A stretch of DNA of 64,000 nucleotides from Penicillus capitatus (taxonomy: Eukaryota > Plantae > Chlorophyta). The position numbers and the translations under genes were made by a program. Positions 1 to 14,439 of the stretch are shown in pieces; the stretch's first letter is position 1; every line of letters starts with the position of its first letter. Under the pieces are notes generated by a model. That model was not told the origin of the DNA and searched no databases. It saw nothing but the letters and a program-made list of their open reading frames with translations. The stretch is taken from positions 2,509,696 to 2,573,695 of the forward strand of contig OZ287694.1 in assembly GCA_965649825.1 (NCBI GenBank). The letters are read 5' to 3'.

Positions 1-95
1 TGGGCCAGACCGATGAGGGGCGCCGCCTTTTCTTGGTCAAAACTGTCAGACAGAAGAACAGTATTGCAGGAATCTAAAAGTGTGACTGGGTGTTC

Positions 96-1337
<1,242 letters not shown>

Positions 1338-1646
1338 CCGTCTCAACAGCGCAGAGCACTCACAAGCATCTCTCCAAAGCCGCGTGAACGCGTTAGACAA
1401 CGCGAGCAAGACAGACGTGTTCAATGACGCGCGTGTCGGTTCGATCTTTTGCGACTGACGGGGTACCTGTGCGCCTTGCATGCGATGGCAGAAGAGTGAG
1501 AGATGCACTGTGCCATCATACACCGAGGGTGGTTTGAAGCGAGAAGTGCGTCTGTCTGTCTGGCCAAAGAGAACGTCGACGCAATCGTGCGACGAATTCG
1601 GATCAAACGATGTATGCCCTAACCCAACATGCCGTCACATCACGAT

Positions 1647-2933
1647 TCATGTTTTTGCATATTTGGTCATGATCTGCTTTCGGAAACTCCTTAGATCCAT
1701 GAGAAAGTCTCGAACGAAATGCGGACACAGACTGAGAATATTGTAAATGGGATCATCCTCATAGTAGATGTCCCTGGGATACTTGCGAATCAATACCCTC
1801 TGGATCACCTTGGCGATGCGAACTGGAGGAGATGCTGAATCGTACAGATCTGAGAAAAATCGCTCGTAGGCTGTGAGAAACATTCGACCACCAAATCTCT
1901 GCATCACATCGGATGGGCCATGCGAGAGCAATCGTGCAGCAGAGACCGGAATCTGACTGAGCGATCCTGTTCGGACAGGACCGGGTACAATTCGAATGAC
2001 CTAGACACGAAGGCGCACATCAGAGTAAGCATCACTGTGCGGAGGGTATCGCACTTGGATGCCGAGTTCGATGAGTTCTTGCCTGAGGCCATCTGTGAAG
2101 GCAGCCATGGCAGACTTGGATGCACAATAGGCTGTGTTGCCGGGTGAGCAGAGGAGTTCTGCCACACTGCTGATGTTGATGATCCTTCCGCCGTTGTATT
2201 TCTCGGCATCACCATGCATCAGCAATGGCAAAAATGCTTTGGTCACACGAATCACACCGAAAAAATTCACTTGCATCACACGAGTATAGACATCGATAGG
2301 CGTGACTTCGACGAAAGATCCATCAAAGGCACCCGCATTGTTGATGATGGCGTAGAGCTTTCGATCAGCCAATCGTGATCGGACAACGTTGACGAAATCG
2401 CAGACATCTGTGTCGGATGTGACATCTGCTTTCATAGAAATGAGATTGGATCTCTGTAGAGAATTCAGTTTCTGGACACCCCCCGCTGTAAGACATCCAG
2501 CAAAAACGAGCACATCGGGAAACGCAGCAGAGATTATTGCCGCCGTTTCCACACCAATCCCCGAATCACACCCAGTGATAACAATCCCACAATTAGAAAT
2601 CTCAGAGTCAAGTTTATCGAACGGTCTGCTCGATCGGAACAGGCGCCACAGATGGGCACAGATCAGAGGAGTCGACACCAAAAAGACAGAAGCACCCATA
2701 AGCGAGAAGAAGGATTTCATGAATCCCAGATAACGGTTGTCTGTGATGTTGGACAACGGCGACGATGGGGGTGTCTGTTTGCCGAGGACGCGAATCTCCA
2801 TCTTCGACGCTCCTCCTTTCTCTGAGAGCTTCTCGTTCACTCGGGGAAACATTTTGGAAAATGTATTCTGCAGAAACCCGATGGTGTCTCTGATGTAGAG
2901 CTTGGACAGCCAATCATCGTCTTTGTCCGCCAT
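1647..2933 (-). CDS. Short-chain dehydrogenase/reductase (RDH/BDH-like), multi-exon
   Basis: TGCDSGIG cofactor motif, NNAG, catalytic YCASK; downstream exons end at TGA 1647. Confidence 0.9.
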
Positions 2934-3082
2934 TCTCGAAACGGCCTGCAACAAATCACCTTCGGATGATGATCAAATGATGATCCCATGATGCACAACG
3001 CCAGCTGATGTCGGGTCAATCTGCTCTCCTAACCGAGCGATGGCTGCCCGGGAGGGCACGACCACATCTGAGCGAGACATGT

Positions 3083-3948
3083 ATGCATCCTATGCACAAG
3101 GCGAAGAGGGGCCGTCTACGTCGACGAAGAACGACCTGTCAGTGTCACGGTCGCGAGATGTCGGTGAAGAGACTTGCTGTGTTTGTGTCTGGAACGGGAT
3201 CGAATTTTCGAAAGATCCACGAATCCTGCAGGATGAAGAAGATCCAAGGAGATATCGTGCTATTGGTGACAAACAATCCAGACTGTCCGGCAGCTGTCTA
3301 TGCCACAGACAACGCCATTCCCACACACGTCTATCCATGTAGAGGCGCCGATGCTGCTCGCGATATTGCCTCTCTTGTCGAGACCGTCCGGGATCAGTAC
3401 CAGACAGATCTGGTTATTCTTGCGGGTTACCTGAAGAAGATCCCTGCGGAGCTCATCCAGGAAAGCCTGCCTGTCGTCGTGAAATGTGATCTAATGATGA
3501 TGTGACTGACGTTCAGATGTATCCCAGGGCAATGCTGAACATTCATCCGGCACTGCTGCCTGCCTTTGGAGGCAAGGGGTTCTATGGAATGAAGGTGCAT
3601 GAAGCTGTCCTTGCCTCCGGTGCCAAGTACTCGGGTATCCCTGCACACCTTGATCCTTGCTACCAACGAAACCATTCTCCAGGAGCAACGGTGCATTACG
3701 TGAACGAAGACTACGATCGAGGCGTGATCTTGGATCAGCGAGTGGTTCCTGTGCTGCAGAATGACACGGCAGCATCACTGGCTCAACGTGTTCTGAGACA
3801 AGTCTGCTCAGCCAGTACGAGAGGAAGGGTCATTGATGGTGTCTGTCCATGACAGGAACACGATCTGTACTGCAGTTGCATCTGTGCCTTGTGTGATGGC
3901 CGCGTTGTGTGGAATGATGACAACACGCCGTTTATTCAGAGCCGTTGA
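3083..3948 (+). CDS. purN: Phosphoribosylglycinamide formyltransferase (GAR transformylase) with N-terminal transit peptide
   Basis: LAVFVSGTGSNF, LVILAGYLK, LNIHPALLPAFGGKGFYGMKVH, GATVHYVNEDYDRG. The last exon reads EHDLYCSCICALCDGRVVW...R*. Start approximate. Confidence 0.95.
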
Positions 3949-4021
3949 TGTTTGCCGTTGTCCTTTCGGAATTACGCACATCCGCCGCCATTCATCGCGG
4001 TCGCGTATCAATGCCTCCTTC

Positions 4022-5196
4022 ATGAACCAAAGTGACACCAGAGAGTCGAAGCGCCCGCTGCGCTGGGGCATCATCGGCACCGGCTCTGTCGCGAAGAAAT
4101 TCACACAGGATGTCATACTCCACGCTTCGGCATTCGGCGAAATCGCATCCGTCCTGACACGGAATGTCGCACAGTCCAATAGTTTTCTAGAACAGTTCGG
4201 CCTGTCGAAGAATCGCGCCTTCTCCGATATGGATACATTTGCCGCGAGTGGAATCGATGTCTGCTATGTGGCGACACCGCACACGATGCATGTCGATATG
4301 ACAATTCAGTGCCTGGAACGCAATCTCCACGTCTTGGTTGAGAAGCCCTTCTCCCTGACCCCCGAGGGACTGACCCGTGTCTTCGATGTACGACTCGAAT
4401 TAGGGTTCAGCAGCAGATTTGAGGTGTGGTGGATGGCTGTGTGATGCAGATTGCTCGACGTAAGAATCGCTTTGTCATGGAGGCCGTGTGGACACGATTC
4501 ATTCCTGCCTTCCAAAGAGTGGTCGATATTATTCAGAGTGGTGGAATTGGAGATGTGGTCTCCATTGATGTCGATTTCGGTTTTGATGGAAGTGACAGTC
4601 CATCCCGACTCACGGATCCATCTCTGGCAGGAGGGGCTCTGTACGACATTGGCACCTATGCTCTGCATCTCGGCACCCTCTTCGCGCAGCCTCCTTCCCA
4701 GACAGATATGCCAGAGATCATCCATACGACATCCAATAGACGAGAGAATGGAGTGGATGAAACATTCACTGCCATTCTAAGATATCCCACCTCCGTATGC
4801 CTGCCCTCTCCATTGAACTGCTGAATGGCGGCGATCGTGCTCTGATTAGGGTCAGCGTCATGTGCCGTTACACATGACACTGTCTATTGTGGAAGCTACG
4901 ACATGCGTCGCCTATATCCGAGGCAACAAAGGATACATACTCATCGAGCAACCTTTCCATTCACCAGATTCCTTCATCCACAACGGTATGCATTGCCGCA
5001 GAGAGGTCGTTGCCGAAATGTGTGCGCAGGGAAGAGAGAAGAGATCAAGAGAGAGGGTCATGGAATGCATTATGAGACGAGGGAAGTCCACCGTTGCATT
5101 CTGAACGGGAAGACGGAATCCGAAATCGTTCCTTGGAATGATAGTCTACGCTGGGCCCAAACATTCAGCAGACTCGCCTATTATGATCAGAAATAA
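4022..5196 (+). CDS. Gfo/Idh/MocA family oxidoreductase (dihydrodiol dehydrogenase-like)
   Basis: [12 protein letters not shown] Rossmann motif, [39 protein letters not shown]. The start could lie further upstream. Confidence 0.9.
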
Positions 5197-5267
5197 TTCA
5201 TTCCGCGTTATTATCCTCATTAAACACGCATACGTCTGTTTTTCAATACGCCTGTCTGTTCGCGACG

Positions 5268-8232
5268 ATGGCTGCTGCCATTGGTGTTCTGCGACGCCAT
5301 CGCGTCTCGCGTCTGCCGACGCTCTTCTTCGCGGGATCCAGTCCGATTCCAAGTCCTCTGATCTCTGCTGCTGTGCCTCTGGTGTGGCAACGGCCATCAG
5401 TGGCACCTTCGACGCTTCTTTCCGGATCCAGTCTTTTCTCGCGATGGCTCAGTGAATTGTCCATGAAGACGGGAGAGGCGTCGGAAGCGGCAGACGATCT
5501 GGAAAGAGTACGCAATATTGGCATCAGTGCCCACATTGATTCGGGGAAGACCACCCTGACCGAACGCGTCCTCTTTTATACGGGCCGAATTTCGAATATG
5601 CACGAAGTGAGAGCCACCTGCTGTTGGAAGAGTGAGAGAGTGAGAAGTCAATAAACAGGTGCGCGGAAAGGACGGCATCGGCGCCACCATGGACAGCATG
5701 GAACTTGAAAGAGAAAAGGGTATGGAACACATACATTTCTGTTGAAGGTCACATCACTCTCTCACACAATACTTTAGGAATCACGATTCAGTCGGCAGCG
5801 ACCTTTTGCAAGTGGAAGGACGTGGATATCAATATTATCGATACGCCAGGGCATGTGGATTTCACGATCGAAGTGGAACGTGCGTTGCGTGTACTGGACG
5901 GTGCCATCCTCGTCGTCTGCAGGTGCGTCTGCTGTCCAACGGCGTCGATGGACTGAGACGACAGATATGGTGTGTCAGTGTGGGCGGTGTGCAGAGTCAG
6001 ACGATCACGGTTGACCGACAGATGCGTCGTTACAGTGTCCCGCGACTATGTTTCATCAACAAACTTGATCGAGCCGGGGCAAAACCGTGGAGCGTCATCG
6101 ATCAGATGCGATCCAAACTGAAACTTAATTGCGCTGCCGTGCAGTTTCCTATTGGACTGGAAGGCAATCACGAAGGAGTCGTTGATGTGATCCGTCATCG
6201 GGCCTTCTACTTTGACGGCGTGAAAGGTCGCCGGTCACACACTGTCTTTCTCAAAATGGATGGCGGCTGTTGGAACAGGGTCTGCTGTCCGAGAGGATGG
6301 AGTGCCGGATGCCTTACTGGCTGATGTTGAGAAGAAGCGAAACGAATTGATCCATCTGATCGCGGATGTGGATGACGAAGTGGGCGATCTCTTTCTCTCA
6401 GAAGAGGCTATTCCTTCGGATGTGTTGGTGTCTGCTATCCGACGGGCAACTGTCGCTCGGAAATTCGTGCCGGTCTTCATGGGTAGCGCCTTTAAGAACA
6501 AAGGTCACGCGTGCTCGCCTCATTGAGTGACCGTGGCCGAGTGTTTGTCGTATCCTGCTAGGTGTGCAAGTCTTGTTGGACGGTGTACAAGACTTTCTAC
6601 CTTCGCCGAATGAGGTGAAGAACGTGGCATTGGATGTGGATAACGATGAACAGCCCATAGGTCACACTTTGTCGACGATACTGTGACGACTCAGAGTGTG
6701 ACATGCATTAGACTTGGAATGCTCGCCGGATGGTCCCCTTGTGGCACTGGCCTTCAAACTGGAGGAAGGCAGATTCGGACAGCTAACCTATATGCGTCTC
6801 TACTCTGGGTATGACCTCTCCTCGCTGAGGACATCCTTATCGTCTATCTGCAGGACGATGAAGAAAAGCAGTTACATTGTGAACACCACGACCAAGAAAA
6901 AGATAAAGGTGCTCTGATGGATCGCGCTATCATGTGTTCTGGCATGTTTTGTCTTTCCACAGGTGCCCAGAATTGTCAAGCTCCATGCAGATGAACTCTC
7001 AGACATTCCCGTTGCCAGGGCTGGAGATATTGTGGCGATGTTTGGCGTGGACTGTGCATCTGGCGACACGTTCACAGATGGCAGTGTTCGTTATGCCATG
7101 TCTTCTATTCGAGTACCGGATCCCGTCATGTCTCTGGCCATTGTGCCTAAATCCAATCAGCAATCAGCTGCCTTCTCCAAGGCCCTACAGCGATTTCAGA
7201 AGGAAGACCCAACATTCAAAGTCGGGCTCAACACAGAGACAGGAGAGACGATCGTCAGCGGAATGGGGGAACTGCACTTGGATGTCTACATCGAACGCAT
7301 GCGAAGAGAATACAAGTATCTCGTGAAAGATCTCAGGAGTCCTTCTCTGGAGGCGGCGGCCATGTTTGTGCATCAAGGGTCGAGTGCGATGTTGGAAAGC
7401 CAAAGGTGAACTTTCGTGAGACGATTTCTGTTCAGGCAGATTTTGACTATCTGCACAAGAAACAGTCTGGAGGTTCAGGACAGTACGGCCGCGTAATTGG
7501 GTACATTGAAACGCTGCCAGAGGGATCAACAGAGAAGCTGAAATTCACGAACAATATTCTCGGGAATGCCATACCGCCACAGTTCATGCCTGCTGTGGAG
7601 AAGGGATTCATCGAAGCTGCCAATTCAGGTGGCCTCACAGGACACCCCGTTCAGGTATCATGGCATACCATACAGGTGGGACGTGCCTCTAGCGAGCAGC
7701 ATAGGGCGTGCATTTCGTTGTGACGGATGGCGTTGCGCATGCTGTGGACAGTAGTGAGCTCGCTTTCAAGCTTGCAGCCATCAATGCCTTCAGGGAGGCG
7801 TTTAAGAAAGCAAAGCCCGTCATTCTTGAACCCATCATGAGCGTGGAAATCACCATCCCCGTCGAATTCCAAGGTAGCATCGATCTCTGAGACGACGACG
7901 CTGATGATATGCCGTTGCCTTTAGGTGCGGTTATGGGCGATCTCAATAGACGAAAGGGCATCGTTCAAGACAGCAGACAAGATGGCGACGACGCCATAGT
8001 TACCGCAAAGATACCCCTTAACGAAATGTTTGGTTACTCGACAGCTCTAAGGTCTATGACTCAAGGTGAGGAATTGCCCCATCATCCGCTGACAAAGATC
8101 ATAGGGGTGACCATTCCCTCTCTTTGTTCAGGAAAAGGAGAGTATGCTATGGAATACACAGAACATTGCAGAGTGTCTCAAGAAATGCAAAATCAGCTAT
8201 TGAACGAATTCAGTCAGAAGCCACAGAAATAA
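5268..8232 (+). CDS. GFM1: Mitochondrial elongation factor G (EF-G1), multi-exon
   Basis: [81 protein letters not shown]. All introns checked are GT-AG; presequence-like N-terminus. Confidence 0.97.
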
Positions 8233-8290
8233 AGTTGACGATCGTCTTCTCTAGTGGATGGGCGCGAGTGCATGCGTTCTTGGTAAATGG

Positions 8291-9752
8291 TCAGTATAGA
8301 ATCTGTCGAGGTGGACCAGATGGTGCTCTGTCTTTGAACACATCGCGGACATCGCGTGTATCGGCCTCCTTTGATCTGGCACGTGTCACAAGGACATCTT
8401 CATCTGATGTGACTGTTGGTTGGAGTGGAGGGAACCTAGGGGGTGGTGGTGGTTGGGGCTCTCTGGGTCGCTTGTCTCTCGGACCTCGACGATCGGGGGA
8501 ACGTTGCTGCCGTTCGTATCGATGCCGATCCGCAAGACGAGCACGTTCGCGAGATCGACTTCGCTCTCTCTTCTTGGCAACATCATAGGCATCCGACCTT
8601 CTCACTCTTCTAATGGAAAAGAATGAGTGACCATGAAGAGGGCTGAGACGTCGAATGGTCTGACCTTTCTGGTGATCGAGATTCCGATCTTCTCTCTCGT
8701 CTCTCGCGCTTTTCACGTTCGTGGTTCTTGAGTTTTTGGTTGAAGCTGTCACGAACACGGCCATCTTCGCGGACATTGGATCTGGAAACGCACGTCCAAG
8801 ACCACTCTTAACGTCAAGAGAGTGATGATCGACCTATTAGGGGCACGCTGTGAAAAGGCGACAGAGAGAGATGCCTTCACAGACGCAGGTCTTCTATTGG
8901 GTTCATCCACGCCTCTTCGATCCGCACCGCCTGAAATCCAATACACCGTTGGCAGGTCACATCACAAAGGAGCAAGCAGTAGTGGCCCACCGCATCCACC
9001 GTTCCCCTTTGCCTCCGTCCGCAATCCTCTCGATTTGAGTTCGACAGACATGAAATCTAATGATTTCTTGGGCACTCTCGGAAAGATCGTCTCAAAGTAG
9101 TACTGCATTCACAGATGCCTTCACCAACATAAGAGAACGAGGCAATGCCGTACATGGCTCAACATGATGTCGAGAACGAAAGAGCCCATCGTCAATGACA
9201 TTCCCGTAGGACTTGGAGAGAACGCCTGTAAAGGACGGGCCACTCCGCGATCTTATGTCTCGAGAACGCGCGTTATTACGGTGTACCTGTTCATCTGGAA
9301 AGTATGGCTCGTACCAATCCCACAGCTCCTTCGGGTCTCCAACATAGCGTAGATACAGAAAGCCGATCTGCAGCAAAGCTCATTGCTTCGCCTATCATCG
9401 GACTGGGTATCTTACCGCACGGATGTAGGGAGAATCGCCGTGGTCGAGCAGTTCCTGTATCTGCTCGGAGTCCAGCTTGAACAGAAACAGTCTGCGGGAC
9501 AGGCAGACAGTTGAGCAGAGATGCATCATCCAGGTGCTCTTACCTGTATAGCAGACAGAACGCTGTTGATGCGCCTCTTGCGTTGCCACTCATCCAGGGC
9601 TCGACGTGTTTAACGTTCAGGTATATTTCGTCGACCACGTCTTCGAAGCTGGCTAGATTCATGCATGTCTCTTTGAAGTAATCCGAAGTGAGAATGTTCT
9701 GGCGCAGGACGTTCTCTAGATTGTATGTCGTCTTGCTTCCGTGGATTTCCAT
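8291..9752 (-). CDS. PRP38B: Pre-mRNA splicing factor 38B (SRL1-like) with RS/RD-rich tail
   Basis: MEIHGSKTTYNLENVLRQNILTSDYFK...VEPWMSGNARGASTAFCLLYR, HGDSPYIRA, GFLYLRYVGDPKELWDW, Arg/Ser/Asp-rich C-terminus. Confidence 0.92.
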
Positions 9753-9808
9753 AATTGCGGTCTTCGTTGCGGCACCAACGACGACAGCGAAATGGGTATG
9801 ATGTCCAT

Positions 9809-10330
9809 TTAGTGAGCAGGATGGCTAACATCCTGCTGTCTGCCATGGGACAGGAGCTGTCTGTCTAAGAGGGTCGGAAGACACACGCATCGCCATGTGA
9901 ACCGGGAGAGAGGCCGCAGATGCAGTGGACGTGCCGTTTTCGTCGGTTTCTTAGCTGCGTCCGACAACAGAGTGACGGCATTAGGGGAAAGGGGGTCCGA
10001 CGGTGGTGCCTGAGTGGATAGATTCTGGGTTTGTGTGTTCGAAGGGCTGTTTGAAATGTCCGGATCGCTGCTCGAGGATAGAGTGATGACCAAAACAATC
10101 GTACCGCCTGAAGTTCATCGAGAACCCTTAAGCCAAACCTGCATTGTACATAACTTCTGTAACGCGCGGACAATCCGTTGCCGTATAAGTCCATTAAAAG
10201 CAGCGTTTCGAAAAGACCCAGTCCGTCTGAGAAGAACGCCGTTCACAGTCACCCAACGCCCGTCATTCGACGTAGGCTGAGGCCCTACCGAAACGCACAC
10301 AAAGCTGTCGCTCGACACGTGGTGCACTCG
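9809..10330 (-). CDS. Hypothetical spliced protein; 5' end unresolved
   Basis: Exon ...NDGRWVTVNGVLLRRTGSFRNAAFNGLIRQRIVRALQKL joins in frame, through a GT-AG intron (gtacaatg...ttcag), to the ORF ending at 9809. No recognisable domain. Confidence 0.35.
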
Positions 10331-10508
10331 CCTTGTGGGATAAGCCGTCGTGGAAATGCTCTTTTCTTTTGTGCCGTGCTCGTTTCATTGGCTCAACGAA
10401 CTCTCTGCGCCTTATGCATGTGACCTTTTCCTCACATCTTTCAGAATTCTTTGGCAGGAGACTCGACATTACATGTGTGCTGTTAGGAAGATGATCCGTT
10501 CATGCTCC

Positions 10509-11208
10509 ATGCAATTTGCGATCGTCGTTTTCCTGTTAGTGGCCACTCCGTGGCATGTGGATGCGTTTCTCAACCACGAGAGGCTGGCAGAGTATTCTCT
10601 GACGATGGACGAGATCTGTGAATTAGAATGCTTTCAAGATATTCTCGATGAGGACTGTGGTGATCTCATGTGTTCGGATATCGAGAGGATTGCCGAATAC
10701 ACAGACGCGATCTGCACCCCCGAGTGCCGGAAATCTTTGATCGGGGAGTCGATGGAGAGGTGCTTGACAAACAGTCTACCACGAAGAACAGACTTCGCCG
10801 GACTGATGGAATTCTTCGACATCGAATATGAATGTACGCCATGACACAGAGAGACTCTCACCCCATCACCTCTGCTCCGCAGATTTCTGCAGTTTGAATC
10901 TGGATGCCGAAGGAAGTCTCGTGAGCGCCTCAATTGATGAGTTTCTTGAGGATGGTTTCGACATTGCCGATCATAAAGATGAAGATGACAGAGAAGAGGA
11001 GGACGAAGACGAAGAAGATGACGACAGAGAAGAGGAACGCGAAGAAGAAGAGGATGAGGATGACAACGAAGAGGACGAGGAGGATGAAGACGACAACGAA
11101 GAGGACGAGGAGGATGAAGACGATAACGAAGAGGACGAGGATGACAACGAGGAGGACGAGGATGAACCACTAGACGAAGATGACAAGGACGATAGAGAAG
11201 AGGACTGA
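10509..11208 (+). CDS. Secreted protein: signal peptide, 8-Cys domain, long Asp/Glu tail
   Basis: MQFAIVVFLLVATPWHVDA signal peptide. A GT-AG intron (gtacgcc...ccgcag) joins ...IEYE to YFCSLNL... in frame. The C-terminal ~85 residues are almost all D/E. Confidence 0.75.
11058..11165 (+). repeat. 30-bp coding tandem repeat (DDNEEDEEDE) in the acidic tail
   Basis: Repeated gacaacgaagaggacgaggaggatgaa units. Confidence 0.7.
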
Positions 11209-11494
11209 TCTGTGGCAATGTACTTTGAATTCCTCCGGCGCGTTGATTCCAGGAGAGACAGCATTTCATTAAGCACTGATCTCTTGTATGCTTTCAAAGA
11301 TTCGATTCTGTGGAATGCATTCACCGTTCAGTTGACGGGGACGTTTCTTTTTCCCTTAAACATCTACCTGATGCCTACGGTTCATCGTCTCAACATTGCT
11401 GCTAATCTGTAAAATGCCTGTCTGGATAATAATAGGTGGGGTTGGGCAGACTTGGTGTTGAGCCGTCCACATACAAGCACGTTCCGACACACGT

Positions 11495-13635
11495 CTATGA
11501 CCACGATTCAACTTGATATCTTCCAGTTTGCTCCAGTTGTCCGAGAAACTGTTCTGCTCTCGAGATGGTCATCCCTCTTTGGGCAATGAGAGCTTGTATG
11601 AGGGAGTGACGTACATCGTTTGGCATTTTATTGGCCGACCCTGAGATATAGAGATAGCTTCCTTGGTGCGTCAATAGATCACAGACGAGGCGTTCATGCC
11701 GCTTGATTTGATGCGTGACATAGAATTTCCTCTCTTGATCCCTCGAGAATGCCGTGATCAGTCCATCTTCTGGATGCAGAATCGATGCTTTCTTGAGTCC
11801 TTCCCATTCAGATGCATAGTAGAAATCTCCAGATGCATTTCTGCAGCCGAAGAACAGGTAGGAAGGCGGCAGGTGAACAGCTGGATCTTTCAACGAAAGG
11901 GCATGACGCTCATGGAGGACAGAGCGAAATGGAGCCACCCCTGTTCCGGGCCCTGAAACAGCTCAGCACACGAATGTCGACTGTGGAGCCATATGGACGG
12001 AATGTTACCAATCAGAAGAAGAGGTGCGTTTGATGCTTTACTGAAATCGAAGGAGCCTTTTTCAATCCAACAAGGAACGATGCTGTTTTCATGACCGGGC
12101 TGCAGACCTGACAGAAAGGATGTGCACAGTCCATTCTTGATGCGATGCGCTTTCGTGATGTATTGAACAATGGCAACTGTCAGGTGGATTTCTTCTGGAT
12201 GTGCCTGTTCGACACACAATCCCTGTCACTTCTGTAAGGCTGGCTGACTGGCTGCTAAACTACCGTGGGCGATGATGCAATGGAGAATCTTCTTGGAAGT
12301 TTTCTGGGACAGGCTTCGAGCAGCCAGCCGAGTGGCGGCTGACTTGAAGGAAAATCGGAGAGGACTTCCAATACGGTTCTGCACAGAAAGCACTCGTGCA
12401 TCCGAATTCATGATCTGAGAAGGGCCAGAAGTACCTTCCTGATTTGCGGTTATAGAGTGACAGCTCTTCACTGCCTGCAGCAGATGCGAGATGGGCCAAA
12501 CGTTCTTTCTCCTTTTTCTCCTCTGCAAAATGGCTCAGCACTTCAAACAGGAATCGACGAGGCGCGGCACCGGCAACATCCAGCACGCCTGTTCAACACA
12601 GAGATCGGATGGGTTGTATGTCGCTGAGGGGATGCATCATTGAAACCACCTTGCACCAATGATCGAGCAACGCATGTCATTCTCTTTCCCGATGCTGCAC
12701 TGGCGACGGAGAGACAGGAGAAGGGATGCAGTCCAAGCCTCTCCAACAACGCATCGACAGATTTCCATGGAGTCAGAGGATGCATTGCCAAGACATCGCC
12801 AGGAACGAAGCTGAAAGGAGACGGTGCCGTATCCAGCACCACGTGCCGAGTGTCTTGGAAATGATCGACGGACGTCAGACGTCTGTTCTCTTTGACCTTC
12901 GCAAGGAACGGCCGGAAAACACTTGGTGCAGATGCATCCAACACCTCCGTCTCCGCCTCCTCTATCTGTTCACTTCAATCGAATAGAACACAGTATCCCA
13001 CACGTGGCTGGCTCTGTGTGCACCTGGGTGAAGCGTCGCATCGCTTCTATCGAATCCTTAAACCAGTCGACGTCTTTCGTTGGCAATGGGCTCTGCCCTT
13101 CCCCGATGACGTCAATGCAGAATGGGTGCTCGCCTAACCCGGCGTCTGAGGAGGGCGGATCCAAAGCCAGCTGTGTTGACAGTTTGTGCCACAGAGCAAT
13201 GAGCCATGGATCTAATGCGCCGTCATAGCCTTCGTCGTGCTGCTCGTCACCCAGACCACGATCGACGATCTTCTGCGCACCGAGACTGCAGAGTCGGTTG
13301 TGGAGCTTCTTGGCAACGACGTTGAACTTGACATAGGCTGAATCGCCCAGGCCGAAAACGGAGAACTGCACGTCCTTTAGCGACCCTGACTGAAGAGACT
13401 TACGAAACAGGAATTTCCAGAATGCCTTCATTCTATCCGGGACGTCACCCTGACCCGTGGTGGCAACCACAAAGACGACAATACTCTCCGTCGGTAGATT
13501 GAGGACGTCATAGCTGTGGAGGGATTGAACAGTCGAATGGAGTCCATAGCGCCGAGCTTCGCGGCCAATTCTCTTCGCCACGTCCTGACTATTTCCCGTC
13601 TGCGTCCCGTAGAGAACCAAAATCTTCTTCGACAT
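11495..13635 (-). CDS. NDOR1: NADPH-dependent diflavin oxidoreductase 1 (Tah18/ATR3)
   Basis: ILVLYGTQTGNSQDVA, VATTGQGDVPD, FGLGDSAYVKFN, GDEQHDEGYD, RRFLFEVLSHF, FFGCRN, YISGSANKMP, terminal RYQVESWS. Confidence 0.95.
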
Positions 13636-13695
13636 CGCGTACGACACAGCGCGACGTGACGCGACAGATACCCCTGGCAGAACTGGCTGCGGCGG

Positions 13696-14387
13696 ATGGA
13701 GGAGACGCACTGGGGGCCTGTCTCAAGGTTCTTGGCATCCAGTGCATTCGGAGACGCGCTGTATGAGTCTCCCTTGCTCTTGATTTTCGTTTTGCCTTGG
13801 ACGTTGACCTTTCTATTGGCGCTCTGCTACATCGATGGAGCTCTGATAGGCAGTATCTCTTATGCAGATGGCGTCATACCTCAGTTGACGACCATTGTTG
13901 GATTTCTGCTGTCTGTTCCCTGGCTGCTGTTGATTGGGAAATCTATGACTTCTTTTTCCAGAGCTCTCGGTAAAATGCTGCTCCGACGACACAGCTGGAG
14001 ATCCTGTCTCTCAGAGAAGAAAGCAGAACTGGATGCATGGATTCCAAAAAAGAAACTTGATCTGTTCAAAACCATTGCAGCCATTGCAGTATGGAGCATT
14101 GCCTCCTTTCCCTTCACCGTGTTGGTCACGCAGATGTTGGAACAGCATCAGGCAGTTGCCTCTCTTTCTTGCTCCTAGCAGCATCACGAACCTGTTCTTG
14201 TTCCATCCAGGTCATGATCGCCGTTTTCTTGTCACTGCTACTGCTCCCGTATTGGCTACTGGCATTGGCAGGCATCTATACCCTCATTGTCGGCTGTGTC
14301 AGAATCTATTCTGGACCATCGAGGCAATATGAAGAGTTGCCAAGAAGCAAAATGGACGAGCATTCAAATGACGAGTTGAACACTTGA
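13696..14387 (+). CDS. Hypothetical multi-pass membrane protein (2 exons)
   Basis: About four hydrophobic segments. A GT-AG intron (gttgcc...atccag) joins EQHQA to VMIAVFLSLLLLPYW in frame. Confidence 0.6.
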
Positions 14388-14439
14388 TCCTTCCCTGCAA
14401 TCGATTTTACAACAGTCGTTTTATGCATTGTACATCTTA

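Noticed and set aside
8230-8232. Non-standard ulvophyte code (TAA/TAG = Gln)
   Set aside because: TAA and TAG terminate conserved proteins at the expected ends (EF-G, FAP, NDOR1), and long exons lack in-frame TAA/TAG.
10634-11324. Long antisense ORFs (poly-Ser, Arg/His/Pro-rich)
   Set aside because: Shadow frames of the acidic repeat on the + strand.
14150-14210. Possible GC-AG intron in the membrane-protein gene
   Set aside because: A canonical GT donor 3 nt downstream gives the same frame.
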